From the NCBI GenBank assembly GCA_045106415.1, contig JBGCEP010000040.1:1-14852 (forward strand): a stretch of 14,852 nt of DNA, written 5' to 3'. This stretch comes from Oligoflexales bacterium. Its GTDB lineage: Bacteria > Bdellovibrionota_B > Oligoflexia > Oligoflexales > Bog-1112. The position numbers and the translations under genes were made by a program. Position 1 is the first letter of the stretch, and each line of letters opens with the position of its first letter. Positions 14,063 through 14,852 of the stretch are shown in pieces. The notes below the pieces were generated by a model that searched no databases, was not told the origin of the DNA, and was given only the letters and a program-made list of their open reading frames with translations.

Positions 14063-14852
14063 TATATTCGACCAGTTTACAGCTATAAATACTGTGAGAG
14101 CATGAAAGTTGAAAATCTGCCTCCACACCCCGCGCCAAAAGCTGGGGTGACGACAGCAACACTCTCGCTTATTGCAAATATGAAATATATGGATGGTATG
14201 CCTTTATACCGAATTTCAAATTTTTTTGAGCGCAGAGGATTTGGAATTTCTAGAGATAAATTAGCTCAATGGATGGCTTTTGTTGGCAAAGCACTGAACC
14301 CTGTTATCATGCGAATTGATCAACTTCAACGCGATGGATCTATTCTTCAATTAGACGAAACGAGATTTTAAGTTTTAGCTGAAGAAGAACGAGCTGATGA
14401 AAAGCAAAGCTGGATGATTGTTGGCGTGTCAGAAACAATTGATAGGCAAAAAGTCGTAAGATTTCTGTATTCATGTTCCGTAGATCGTAAAACGATTGAA
14501 ACAATTTTAGATGGCTATCAAGGAGCCTTTGTCTCAGACGGCTTGGAGGTTTACAATAGCGTGGCAAGATCTTTATCGCTCGACCATGCAGGGCGTTGGG
14601 CACATGCTAGACGGAAGTTTTTTGAAGCATCCAAGTCGTCGGTAAAAGGTGGTTTGCGGAGCATGACCGCTCAAAATTTTCTCAAAAAAATCAATGAACT
14701 GTTTGCAATAGAAAGAGGCTGTAAAGAAAGACAACCTAAAGATATCTTGCAGGCAAGGGTGGAAAAAGCCTTCCTGTGCTTCAAGAGTGCCATGAACTGC
14801 TTCTGCACTATCATGACACGATTTCGAAGGAGTCGTTGACAGGAAAAGCACT
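14063..14852 (+). pseudogene. tnpC: IS66-family transposase (TnpC) pseudogene, 5'-truncated and running off the window
   Basis: Motifs YIRPVYSYKYCE, KYMDGMPLYR, LQLDETRF*VL, GAFVSDGLEVY, WAHARRKFFEA and LFAIER. There is an in-frame TAA at 14369-14371. A frameshift occurs in the A5 run at 14763-14767, after which the alternative frame continues SLPVLQECHELL...KESLTGKA. Confidence 0.92.

Noticed and set aside
12827..14371. In-frame stops at Trp/Gln positions suggesting stop-codon reassignment or readthrough
   Set aside because: All three stop types occur, they are accompanied by frameshifts, and intact genes in the window terminate normally with TGA, TAG and TAA.
13323..14767. Programmed ribosomal frameshifting in the IS4 or IS66 transposases
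   Set aside because: There is no canonical slippery heptamer at either site, these transposases are normally single ORFs, and additional nonsense codons show they are pseudogenes.

Overview
AT-rich bacterial chromosomal window from a diderm organism. The many exported Cys-containing lipoproteins suggest Bdellovibrionota/Oligoflexia, but this is an impression only. From left to right: (1) a + strand operon of three predicted lipoproteins (an acidic hypothetical protein, an SGNH/GDSL hydrolase with an atypical oxyanion hole, and an Ig-like plus beta-propeller protein); (2) a convergent, stand-alone classic-clade AAA+ ATPase with its own terminator; (3) housekeeping genes (YqeY-like protein, long WecA/TagO-type transferase, hrpB); (4) an exported hypothetical protein; (5) from about 12.2 kb, an IS graveyard (IS3 orfA remnant, a full-length but inactivated IS4-family element with terminal inverted repeats, and an IS66 tnpC pseudogene). 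The most unusual object is the AAA+ ATPase (4330-5643, minus). It combines a Sec-type signal peptide, a short coiled coil, an acidic disordered linker with eukaryote-style CK2/CDK/NLS-like motifs, an intact ATPase module with no protease domain, and a C-terminal HbYX tripeptide (L-Y-M). This makes it a candidate exported effector that engages a host or prey 20S proteasome. No CRISPR array, rRNA or tRNA was seen.
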